The translations under genes were made by a program, and so were the position numbers. A stretch of 64,000 bases of DNA from Parafilimonas sp. (lineage in GTDB: Bacteria; Bacteroidota; Bacteroidia; Chitinophagales; Chitinophagaceae): positions 1,631 through 65,630 of the forward strand of contig NZ_JASGEX010000092.1 of NCBI RefSeq assembly GCF_047606085.1, given 5' to 3'. Numbering within the stretch: the stretch's first letter is position 1; each line of letters starts with the position of its first letter. Under the pieces are notes generated by a model that worked only from the letters and a program-made list of their open reading frames with translations, was not told the DNA's origin and ran no database searches. Positions 19,258 through 29,200 of this stretch are shown piece by piece.

Positions 19258-20036
19258 CATTCCACCTCTCCGCCCTGTACCACTTTTAATAATGCATCAT
19301 GAATAATGCCATTGGTAGCAATTATGCCTGGCTGGTAAGGGTTATAAGGATTGCCTTTCATATCTGTTACTTTTCCTCCGGCTTCTTCAATTATTAAAAA
19401 ACCAGCGGCGCTGTCCCAGGCATTCAGCTTATGTTCAAAGAAACCATCAAAGCGGCCGGCAGCAACATAGCAGAGATCAATGGCGGCGCTGCCCAGCCTT
19501 CTCACCGGCACGCCTTTTCGTATGAATTTGCCAAATACTTCCAGCGGGCCATTCGGCATATCAAGATACGTGTAAGGAAAACCCGTAACGAGGCAACTGC
19601 TTACCAGTTCTTTCCTTTTGCTTACCTGTATGGGCTGCCCATTCAGTGTGGCGCCTTTGCCGCGCTCTGCAAAAAAGAGCTCATCTATAAAAGGGTTATA
19701 AACAGCGCCCAGTTCCATGCTGCCATCTTTTTCTATGCCAATGCTTACACAGCATACCGGTATGCGGTTGGCATAGTTTACGGTGCCGTCAATAGGGTCA
19801 ATTATCCATTTATAATTTGAATCCTGTATGATCTCTCCCGATTCCTCACTTAAAATATAGTGGTCAGGATAATTTTTTCTGATGATCTCAAAAATAACTT
19901 CCTCGCATTTATGGTCCACTTCTGTTACCAGGTTGTTGATCCCCTCTTTATTGCTGATAGAAAAATTACGGGTGGAATAGTCTTTCATAATTGCGGCTGC
20001 TGTTTTAACCGCATCGAATAATACCTGTTTAAGCAT
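19257..20036 (-). CDS. suhB: Inositol monophosphatase family protein
   Basis: LVTEVD, ILSEE, WIIDPIDGT, GSAAIDL, WDSAAG. Confidence 0.9.
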   Translation of the reverse strand: MLKQVLFDAVKTAAAIMKDYSTRNFSISNKEGINNLVTEVDHKCEEVIFEIIRKNYPDHYILSEESGEIIQDSNYKWIIDPIDGTVNYANRIPVCCVSIGIEKDGSMELGAVYNPFIDELFFAERGKGATLNGQPIQVSKRKELVSSCLVTGFPYTYLDMPNGPLEVFGKFIRKGVPVRRLGSAAIDLCYVAAGRFDGFFEHKLNAWDSAAGFLIIEEAGGKVTDMKGNPYNPYQPGIIATNGIIHDALLKVVQGGEVE

Positions 20037-20163
20037 GTGCAAATATACCTGACTTTATTTTCCAGAAACCCGTTTATCCTTATTGATTAGTTAAGAGGGA
20101 AATGAAATTGGTATGCTGATGTAAAATTTCCGTAGTTTCGTAGTTTGAATAAAGACCACATGG

Positions 20164-21699
20164 ATGGCATTATTTGACATCAAACTTCCTGAAACTATTC
20201 GTGCACGACTTGGCCTGCCACAAAATGATTTTAAAAGGCAGCAGGAACGTGTTTTAAGGAAATTGTTACATAAAGCAAGGTTTACCGAATTTGGCCAGCA
20301 ATACCGTTTTGATGAGATTGCCATCCGGGAAAACTGTGTGCAGTTATTCCAGGAAAAAGTTCCCCTGTTTAACTATAATAAAATTTATGATGCCTGGTGG
20401 CACCGTTCTTTACAGGGCTATCCGGATGTTTGCTGGCCGGGCAGAATAAAATATTATGCTTTAAGCAGCGGCACCAGCGAGGCTGCCAGCAAATATATTC
20501 CCATCACAAACGATTTGCTTAAAGGCAACCGCGTAGTTATGATGCGGCAGATACTTTCTTTGCGCAACTACAGCGATATTCCTGTACGTTCCATAGGCAA
20601 AGGATGGCTGATGCTGGGGGGCAGCACGGCTTTGCAAAAAGGGGCGGGCTATTATGCAGGCGACCTTAGTGGCATTACGGCTAAAAAAGCACCATTCTGG
20701 TTTCAGCCGTTTTATAAGCCGGGCAAAAAGATTGCAAGGCAGCGCAACTGGAACCGTAAGCTGAGGGAAATTGTAAAGAAAGCGCCTGAATGGGATATTG
20801 GCTTTATTGTGGGCGTGCCGGCCTGGATACAGATGTGCATGGAAATGATAATTGAGGAGTATAACCTGAAAACCATTCATGATATATGGCCCAACCTTGC
20901 GTTTTATGTGCATGGCGGCGTAAGCTTTCAGCCGTATAAAAAAAGTTTTGAAAAGCTCCTTGCCAAACCGCTTACCTATATTGAAACTTATCTTGCCAGT
21001 GAAGGCTTTTTTGCTTACCAGGACAGGCAGAATGCAAAAGGCATGCGGCTTGTAACCAACGAACATATCTTCCATGAATTCATCCCGTTTGATGAAAAGA
21101 ATTTTGATGCGAACGGAGACCCGGTGGCCAATCCGCAGATTTTAACTGTTGCAGAAGTAGAGGAGCATAAAGATTATGTGCTGGTAATAAGCACCAGTGC
21201 AGGCGCCTGGCGGTACATTGTGGGCGACACCATCCGCTTTACCCACAAGCAGCGCTGCGAAATAGTTATTACGGGCCGTACCAAACATTATTTAAGCCTG
21301 GTGGGTGAGCACCTGAGTGTTGAAAACATGAATAAAGCCATTGAGTTTGCCAGCAGCGATATGAATATTTCCATTCCTGAATTTACGGTTGTGGGTGAAC
21401 CGCACGAAAATTTATTTGCCCACCATTGGTATGTGGCCTGCGATGATGCGGTGAATGCAGAAACCCTGCGCTTTAAGATAGATGATTATCTTAAACAGCT
21501 CAATGACGATTATGCCACGGAAAGAGGCCATGCGTTAAAAGAAATTTTTCTGGATGTGCTGCCTGAAAAAACGTTTATACAATTCATGCGCTCGCTGGGC
21601 AAGATAGGCGGCCAGCATAAATTTCCCCGCGTATTGAAAGGCAAGATGCTGGAAGACTGGAAACTTTTTTTGGCAAATGAACTGGTGCCAAAACAATAA
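20164..21699 (+). CDS. GH3 auxin-responsive family acyl-adenylate/amido synthetase homolog
   Basis: SSGTS motif, YLASEG, AWRYIVGD, QHKFPR. Confidence 0.9.
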   Translation: MALFDIKLPETIRARLGLPQNDFKRQQERVLRKLLHKARFTEFGQQYRFDEIAIRENCVQLFQEKVPLFNYNKIYDAWWHRSLQGYPDVCWPGRIKYYALSSGTSEAASKYIPITNDLLKGNRVVMMRQILSLRNYSDIPVRSIGKGWLMLGGSTALQKGAGYYAGDLSGITAKKAPFWFQPFYKPGKKIARQRNWNRKLREIVKKAPEWDIGFIVGVPAWIQMCMEMIIEEYNLKTIHDIWPNLAFYVHGGVSFQPYKKSFEKLLAKPLTYIETYLASEGFFAYQDRQNAKGMRLVTNEHIFHEFIPFDEKNFDANGDPVANPQILTVAEVEEHKDYVLVISTSAGAWRYIVGDTIRFTHKQRCEIVITGRTKHYLSLVGEHLSVENMNKAIEFASSDMNISIPEFTVVGEPHENLFAHHWYVACDDAVNAETLRFKIDDYLKQLNDDYATERGHALKEIFLDVLPEKTFIQFMRSLGKIGGQHKFPRVLKGKMLEDWKLFLANELVPKQ

Positions 21700-22680
21700 T
21701 TAATGCTTTAGCGGCCTTTTCTTAATCATGCCGCCCTTAGTATCTTTTACGCTATTCATTACAATAAAGGCCCCGCTGTCTATTTTATCAATTTCTGCAG
21801 TAAGCTTGCTTAATTCAAGGCGCGTTATAACGGTATAAAGAATATCCCTTTCCTTATTTTCACCGCTTTTGCCAAAGCCTTCGCTGCCTTTATAAATAGT
21901 AACGCCGCGACCCATTACATCAATTATCATTCTTTTTATTTTTTCATTATGAACAGATATGATGGTAACGCCTATGTACTCTTCAATGCCTTCAATAACA
22001 AAATCAAGTGTTCTTGACGCAGCCAGGTAAGTTATCATGGAATACAATGCTGTTTCTATGGTAAGAAAATAAGCGGCAAAGGAAAAGATGATCGCATTTA
22101 CGATAATGATGATATCGCCAATGGATACATTTAATTTTTTGCTCAGGAAGATGGCAAGTATTTCCGTACCATCCAGCACAGCCCCGCCGCGTATGGAAAG
22201 CCCGATGCCCGCTCCAAGAAAGAAACCGCCAAAAACAGCTACCAGCAATGCATCATGCGTTATTTCAGGCAGCTTTAAAAATGCAACCACAACGGCAAGC
22301 CCGGTTATGGTAATAATTGTTTTTATGGCAAATATGCGGCCAATGGTTTTATAGCCAAGCAATACAAACGGGATATTCACCAATACCAGCAAAGCCGAAA
22401 CGGAAGCGCCTGTTACTTCGGCAGTAAGCAAAGAGATGCCTGTGGCGCCGCCATCAATAAAACGGTTTGGCAGCAAAAAGCTTTTTAACCCGCAGGCCGC
22501 CGAAAATATACCGCAAATTATAAGCGCCCAGTTTCTTATGCTGCGTATAATATTTTTCTTTAGCTGCTTCTGCCCTTTTGCAATTTCAAAAGAAGAATAT
22601 GCAGAGCCTTTCTTCTTTGTTCCTTCCCAGTTATAAAATATAATAAGCCACCGGTAAAATTTATGCATAAGCTGCAGCAT
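21700..22680 (-). CDS. YitT family membrane protein (DUF161 + DUF2179)
   Basis: DGGATG and DGTEI repeats, GRGVT, AFI C-terminal domain. Confidence 0.88.
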   Translation of the reverse strand: MLQLMHKFYRWLIIFYNWEGTKKKGSAYSSFEIAKGQKQLKKNIIRSIRNWALIICGIFSAACGLKSFLLPNRFIDGGATGISLLTAEVTGASVSALLVLVNIPFVLLGYKTIGRIFAIKTIITITGLAVVVAFLKLPEITHDALLVAVFGGFFLGAGIGLSIRGGAVLDGTEILAIFLSKKLNVSIGDIIIIVNAIIFSFAAYFLTIETALYSMITYLAASRTLDFVIEGIEEYIGVTIISVHNEKIKRMIIDVMGRGVTIYKGSEGFGKSGENKERDILYTVITRLELSKLTAEIDKIDSGAFIVMNSVKDTKGGMIKKRPLKH

Positions 22681-22923
22681 TGAGTTGTTCCAAATCTAAT
22701 AAAATAAAAAACTCTGAAGATAAATTGAAAGATATTCCCGCAGTTCTTTAATGTGTTTTTACCTCACCGCACAGGCAACATAACCTGCCTTGATTGCTGT
22801 TAACCATCTGTCATCCACAGTTTTCTTTTCAAAAGCATTAAAAATGCCTGGTAAGATATTTATCACTAATTATAAATTAAAATACTAATTGCAATCCGTG
22901 TTATCTTTAATCAAATTTATTTC

Positions 22924-23313
22924 ATGGTTATCAGGTTGCCTTTACGGTTTGAAGGAAGCAAAGGAGAACAAAATCTTTATGCATTATTTGATAGTGGCGC
23001 AACTTATTCCTGCATTAATGAAGAAATAGCAGAAGGGCTTGAAGTGTTTACAACACTTCATACACCCATGCGTATGGCAACCGCTACTGCTACTACAATC
23101 ATGGAAATCAAGAATCGTGTAACGCTCGATTTTTATCATTATGACACAAGGTTAACGGATGAATTTTATGTAATACCCGATTTGAGCGAACAGGTAATAA
23201 TCGGTGCTTCGACCATGCAGAAATGGAGAATAAAACTTGATTTTGAGAACGATACTATTATTCTTGACCCAACGGTTGCGAAGGCAATTTTAATAAACCT
23301 TATAAAACATTAA
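22924..23313 (+). CDS. Retropepsin-like (clan AA) aspartyl protease
   Basis: ALFDSGATYS catalytic motif, VIIG C-terminal motif, 129 aa single lobe. Confidence 0.85.
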   Translation: MVIRLPLRFEGSKGEQNLYALFDSGATYSCINEEIAEGLEVFTTLHTPMRMATATATTIMEIKNRVTLDFYHYDTRLTDEFYVIPDLSEQVIIGASTMQKWRIKLDFENDTIILDPTVAKAILINLIKH

Positions 23314-23327
23314 TCCTTTTATATCTT

Positions 23328-24959
23328 TTACTTCTTTTCATCTAATCTGTCTAACCATTGCCTGGCAGTAATATCATCCTGCACGGTTGATTGCATTAAC
23401 AAGTTAGCGCCTTTGGGAATATTGAGCGGAAATACGCAACGGCTATAATAGTTCAGTTGCTTTAACGTGTTTTCATCGTTGGCAAATGCATATAAAAAGC
23501 CCAGTGTGGTTTTGGCGGGGAGATAATTTTTATCGCTCGCTTTAGTAAGCATCTCAAAAGCCTCATTGCAATCCAGCCGGTCATTCTTTCCCTGCAATGC
23601 AAGGTTGGCATACTGAAACATGGCCTGCGGGATTTCCTGCTGCGCCAATGTTTGGTAAATATCGAGCGCAGCGTCTTTATTATTGGCTTTTAATAAATCC
23701 CTTGCATTGTTTAACTGCTGCTGTTGCTGCGGTGTTATACGCGTTAAAGAATCAGTGAGCAATGTTCTTCCGGCAGTATCACGGATATTGTTTTTATGGT
23801 TTAACTGGATGGCATATATAAAGATGGCTGCTACGAACAAGCCGGCAAGTATCCATAAGAAAACTTTAGGCGCACTGCTTTTCTTCTTTTGTATAAGTAT
23901 ATCTTCCCCTGAAGTGGTTTGATAAGAGGTAACGGTTATTTTGCCGGAACGAAACTGCTGCAATTCATTTTGCAGGTTCCTGTTCTGTTCAAGCAGCTTA
24001 CGGTTTTCCTGCTGCAACAATCTGATCTGGTCTGAAGCTTCGCCTTTTGCAAAGAAAACACTGTTTCTCACAACAAAGTCATGCAAGGCCATGCCGCTTG
24101 CAAACCTGTTTTCAGGCTTCTTCTCAAGACAGCGATATACCATTGTAAACAGCCACTCCGGTATCAGCATTTCACTTTCTTTCTTCTCACTATTCCATGA
24201 TTCCGGCAGCGCCTTTCCACGCAGCGCAAAAATATTGGGCGGCGTATTTTCCATGTGCGCAAGCATTACGGCATTGCGGGATGTTTCGCCTTTATCTTTT
24301 AACGGAAAGGGAACAACGCCGGCAAGGAGCTCAAACATCACCACGCCAAAACTGTACACATCTGTTTCAAACAACATGCGGCCTTCATTTTGTTCAGGCG
24401 CCATAAATTCTATTGCGCCCGCATGGCGCAGGCTGGTGCGCCTGTCTTCATCGCTCATGATGGCCAGGCCAAAATCAAGTAAAACATAATTGCCGGTACG
24501 CACATTAAATTTTATATTATTGCTTTTTATGTCCCCATGCTTTACATTAAAGCGATGGCAATGCGCCAGAGCGCCGGATAACTGTTCTGCTACCTTCAAA
24601 CATTCTTTTATAGTAAAAACAGGGTCGTGTGGCAGCTTTAATAATTCTTCCAGGTCAGGCCCTTCAATAAATTCCATTTCAATGTATGGAAAATTGCCTG
24701 TTTCCGTTACGCCGGAGCTGACGAGCTTTACAACATTGGGGTTGGGCTGCTCATTCACTTTTTTTAATTTCTGTACTTCATTCTGAAAATGGGTAAAGTT
24801 TTTATCATCGGCTGTTTCACTGTAAATAGGCGTGGGCAACAGTTTAATGGCGGTGATAATTTCGCCCATGCGCCGGCCTTTATACACAGATCCCTGGCCG
24901 CCTGTTTTAAGGGCACCCATAGTTTCCAGGCCTGATGTTATCGTAAAAACTTTACTCAT
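23328..24959 (-). CDS. Membrane Ser/Thr (Hanks) protein kinase with periplasmic SEL1-like repeats
   Basis: GGQGSVY, AIK, HGDIKSNN, DFG, APE, DVYSFG; coiled coil; one TM; AMFQYA/AKTTLGFLY SEL1-like tail. Confidence 0.9.
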   Translation of the reverse strand: MSKVFTITSGLETMGALKTGGQGSVYKGRRMGEIITAIKLLPTPIYSETADDKNFTHFQNEVQKLKKVNEQPNPNVVKLVSSGVTETGNFPYIEMEFIEGPDLEELLKLPHDPVFTIKECLKVAEQLSGALAHCHRFNVKHGDIKSNNIKFNVRTGNYVLLDFGLAIMSDEDRRTSLRHAGAIEFMAPEQNEGRMLFETDVYSFGVVMFELLAGVVPFPLKDKGETSRNAVMLAHMENTPPNIFALRGKALPESWNSEKKESEMLIPEWLFTMVYRCLEKKPENRFASGMALHDFVVRNSVFFAKGEASDQIRLLQQENRKLLEQNRNLQNELQQFRSGKITVTSYQTTSGEDILIQKKKSSAPKVFLWILAGLFVAAIFIYAIQLNHKNNIRDTAGRTLLTDSLTRITPQQQQQLNNARDLLKANNKDAALDIYQTLAQQEIPQAMFQYANLALQGKNDRLDCNEAFEMLTKASDKNYLPAKTTLGFLYAFANDENTLKQLNYYSRCVFPLNIPKGANLLMQSTVQDDITARQWLDRLDEKK

Positions 24960-25111
24960 TAATGTACCGGATAAACATTTATTTTAAACTATACAAAACG
25001 GCTTCAGCCTGCTAATAATACAAATATTTTCTTTGGCATACATGTTCATGCCAGACGATTTTTATTTTTATTCATACAATTGCGCTACGCTTTGTGCCGG
25101 GCGGTTGCTAC

Positions 25112-25420
25112 CGGTCTGACGCTTTGAAGCGTCTGACCGCGTTCCTGCTCTGCGAAGTCTCCTGACCATAGCTGTTCGAAACTATTTTCTTAAAGCCTCA
25201 CAGAGGCTTAATGTGTGTACAATGCTGCCCGTAATGTTTCTTTACCGTTCCATTGGAACGGAACGTTTACGCGCTCCACACCTACGGTGTGGAATCCCCC
25301 CTGGCACAATTATTTCCACACACGTGGGCGATTCTATGGATCGCGGATCGCTAATGCAGGTTTCGAACACTTGTGGTGCCCGGACTTCACAAGCCTTATG
25401 CGCGAAGTCTCCAACTTCAC
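25112..25420. repeat. Mosaic of at least five different REP-like hairpins
   Basis: Hairpins at 25112-25139, 25193-25209, 25245-25261, 25275-25293 and 25402-25420; GCGAAGTCTCC repeated at 25152 and 25402. Confidence 0.75.
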
Positions 25421-25436
25421 ATAAACACATCGTTCA

Positions 25437-26207
25437 TTATTCCGAATAACTAAACTCCAGCAATGCCGATTCACCCAAAATCACCTGGTCGCCTTCTTTT
25501 AAATGATAACCCACTTCCGTAGTGATCAGTTTTACTTCTGCGCCTTTTTCAGGTTTCACTTTCACTTTATTTGCCGGCGGAATGCCGCCTTCATCTGCAT
25601 ATAAAAAAAATGCGCCAAGCTCTTCATTCCACTCAATATGCGCATGCCGGCGGCTGATGGATTTATTGCTCTTGTTGCTGCTGCTGTCAGTAAAAGCGAT
25701 GTGGTTCTGGCGCAAATAACCATCGGCAACCTGCACATTTTTTTCACGGCCGATATTAATTTTTTTACCGGATGATGTAAGCGTGTAAACGGCCTGCTCC
25801 GCTTCACCATTCAATACCTTCAGGTAGGCAATTGCTTCCCGCCTGATAGCAGGCCGCTGCCGGGTTGATATAAATATAGCAGCATCAAGGCTTGCAGATT
25901 GTATAGCTTCCGGCGGCACCTCTTCCTCACAAAAAACCTGGAACTGCCAGCCTGTATGGAGGCTGATATCAAAATCATCGGCTATGCGCTGTATTTCTTC
26001 TCTAAACTGTTCGGTATCGTTTATATATACAGCGCTCTCGTATAAAAATTTATCCTGCGCATGGCAGTTGATATATAAATGCATGCCTTTAATATCGGCG
26101 CCTTCGCCTTCTGCTTTTTTTAATTGATCTTTAATAAAATCAAGCAGGTCGCTCCTTAATGTTTTTACATCTTTGGGCTGTTTGTCTTTTTTTAAGAAGC
26201 TAAGCAT
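25437..26207 (-). CDS. FHA domain protein
   Basis: Canonical IGR ... SISRRHAHI ... N motifs in the C-terminal half. Confidence 0.88.
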   Translation of the reverse strand: MLSFLKKDKQPKDVKTLRSDLLDFIKDQLKKAEGEGADIKGMHLYINCHAQDKFLYESAVYINDTEQFREEIQRIADDFDISLHTGWQFQVFCEEEVPPEAIQSASLDAAIFISTRQRPAIRREAIAYLKVLNGEAEQAVYTLTSSGKKINIGREKNVQVADGYLRQNHIAFTDSSSNKSNKSISRRHAHIEWNEELGAFFLYADEGGIPPANKVKVKPEKGAEVKLITTEVGYHLKEGDQVILGESALLEFSYSE

Positions 26208-26218
26208 ATTATCATTAT

Positions 26219-29200
26219 TTATTGTTGATTATTTGTATTGGGCTGATCACGGTTAACCGCAAGTTGTTGCTTTGCTATAACCGGCTCTTTCTTCACCGGT
26301 TTCTTTTTATCTTCTCCAAAACCTTTTATATAACCCATCTGTTCTAATACAGGAACAACATGTTTACCGGCAAGCTTAACCGCCACGCTTGAGCCCTGGC
26401 AGCTTTCAATGCGCACACAAACCACTATGTTACCACTGTCTTTTGGATTAGGTGCGAAGAAAACGTAAAGGCCATCGTTCACCCTTTCATTTTTCACAAT
26501 ACGCTCCGGTGTGCCTGTTTTGCCGGCAACGCTTATTCCCAATTTTGAAACTTTAGGAAGGCTTTGCTCGATCATATATTTTGTCATCAGCTTCGATGCA
26601 GAATCATTCGTTAACTCAATGCCCGGCGCCAGCTTTGTTTGTTTACCGCTTACTTTTAAAACATAACGGCTTTGCATCATCGTGCCGTTATTGGCAATAC
26701 CAGATGCCACACGGGCTACGGCGGCAGGTGTGGCAATTAACTCTCCCTGCCCCCAGGCCATGCCCGAAATGCCTTTACCTCTTGTTCTCCTGATGTTAGA
26801 GGGGTTATACGTTTTTAAACTGGCAAACTCGGTTTTACGCCATATATTTTTCCATGCCTCTTCCTGTTTTTTATTATTCATGTCATAATCATAATAATAG
26901 CCGCCAACGCCATGCAAAAACATGCCTGATTTCAAATACAGGTCGCCCATGTATTCCTGCAACTGCGATTCATTGGCAAGCCGTATAAAAAATGAATTAT
27001 TTGATCTTACAATAGCACGTTCAATATTTATATTACCCGCTTCATCAGGCTCATAACCTTTGGTACGTATAAGGTCTGCGGGATATACCTTAATAATTTT
27101 TTTTGCAGCAGCGAGGCCTAATTTATTAAATGCGGCAAGCGCCGTAACAAGCTTCGCCGTTGAACCAGGCTGCGATGCTATGGTGAAGCCAATATCGTTA
27201 TCTGTAATCCAGCCTGGCAGTTCATTTTGCTGCTGTGGGGAAAGATTAAGCTGATCCCAGTCGTTCACAGGCGGCAGGGGGTAATTGGCTGAAGCCAGCA
27301 CATCGCCGGTTTTATCTTCCATCACCACAACGGAAACCCGGTTGTTCACCAGCGAATCGTCGCTTTGCAATGATTGCTGTATCCTTGTTTGCAGGGCGGC
27401 ATCAAGCGTTAAATGCACATCGCGGTTTTTATTTTTGAATGCATCCACAGCAGCGCTGTTTATACCGGCAATTAATAAGGGCGCCAATGCGCTATAATCT
27501 TTCTTTTCCACACTCATCTCCGTTGATGTTTCCGGCAGAAAACGTTGCTCATGAAAACGTGTTGCACTTACGGAGAAACTGTTTTTGGGAACAGGGAAAC
27601 CACGCATCTCAGCCGCTTCGCAGTATTCGGCAAAATAACCATTGGATGCGCCATTGAATACATTGGTATTGGCATCGCCCGTCCAGAAAAACATTTGTGC
27701 GCCGAAAGGATAATAACGATCCTGCCGTTTATAAAACATGGCATTAATATCTTCTTCCGGTATGTTCAGGGCCAGCAAAGAATCGCGTTGTGTATTGATT
27801 AAATCCTGGTGGCTGGTGGCCAGTATGCGGCCATTCCTGTCCAACAAATTACCGGCCTGCAGCCTGTTCATTAAGATGCTGATGCGCGGGTTATAACTGA
27901 ACATTCTTGCGCCGCTCCTGTCTGCTACCAATGCCGGCTGCACAATCCACTGCGTATTATTGAATAAATATTTTGAGACGCTCACGCCAAGCAGTACAAT
28001 GCCCGCACATGCGGCCATTAATGCGGGCATAAGGTTTTTATCCTGTTGCTGCGATATAAATTTCATTTGCACAGGCGAGCCCTGCACCGTTGAGGCAGAT
28101 AATAAAAATCCTGCTGCCAGCATATTGACTATTAATGACGAGCCGCCATAACTCATGAACGGCAGGGCCACACCCGATAAAGGCAGGGCGCCCACTGACC
28201 CTCCTGCAATCAGCAAAAACTGAACAAAGGTGGCAATACCGATTCCCGAGCATATATAAAATAAAAACGGCCGTCCCGAATGCCGGCCTATAACAATGGA
28301 ACGGTGCAGATAAATGAAAAACACAATGAACACGCTTATAATTCCCATGAAGCCAAACTCCTCTCCCATGGCCGGCAATATCATATCTGTATGCGCTTCC
28401 GGGATTGTTTTAGCAAACCCCTCTCCTGCGCCCTGCCCGGTTACGCCGCCGCTTGACATGGCCCAGATTCCGTTTGCAATCTGGTCGCCGCCAAACACTT
28501 CATTATTCCATGGATCCTGCCAGATAGCTTTACGATCAATTAACCTTTCCATAGGCCCGGGAAAATATTGTGCGATCAATGGTATTGTATCCAGCAGCAA
28601 AAATGCTGCAATAACCACCAAAGCCATCACAGACGATTCGCTTAATTTCTTTGTAACCGCCAACGTGTAGATAACAAAAAATACAGCGGTAACAGCCGTA
28701 GCTGTTAATACATTATCCAGTAACCAAACAGCGAGCACATAAAATAATACAGATATAATTATATGCAAAAAATCGCCCCTCGAAAAAGAAAATAAAATAA
28801 TAAAGGTGAAACAGCAAACCATGGCCGGGCCTAAATCGCCCAGCATTAAAAAGAGAAATATGGTTGCGAGTATGGCAACTAATGCAAACACAAAGAACCG
28901 GCTTCGCTTTGTCCAGGTAAAATAAGAAGAAATAAATTTTTCATTGGTGGCAAAGAAACCGGCAAGGAAAAATACAATAACAAATTTTACAATTTCACTT
29001 GGCTGAAAACCAAAGAGATTTACTTTAACGCCGCTGCCTTCAGGGCCGGTACCAAACATCAATGTCATGGCAAGCAGGCCTGATGCGATAACAGCCCAGG
29101 GCCATCCGTTTGAAGCAAGCTTCATTTTGCTGAAAACAAATAAGCGATAGCGTTTTGAATCGGTTGTAAAACGCTTTAGATCGAATAATAACAACAGGAT

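Noticed and set aside
25112-25420. CRISPR array or toxin sRNA locus
   Set aside because: Hairpins differ in sequence and spacing, there is no constant repeat-spacer period, and no cas genes are present
25213-25449. Three short overlapping ORFs (78, 69 and 62 aa)
   Set aside because: They run through palindromic repeats on both strands with no protein-like features; likely chance ORFs
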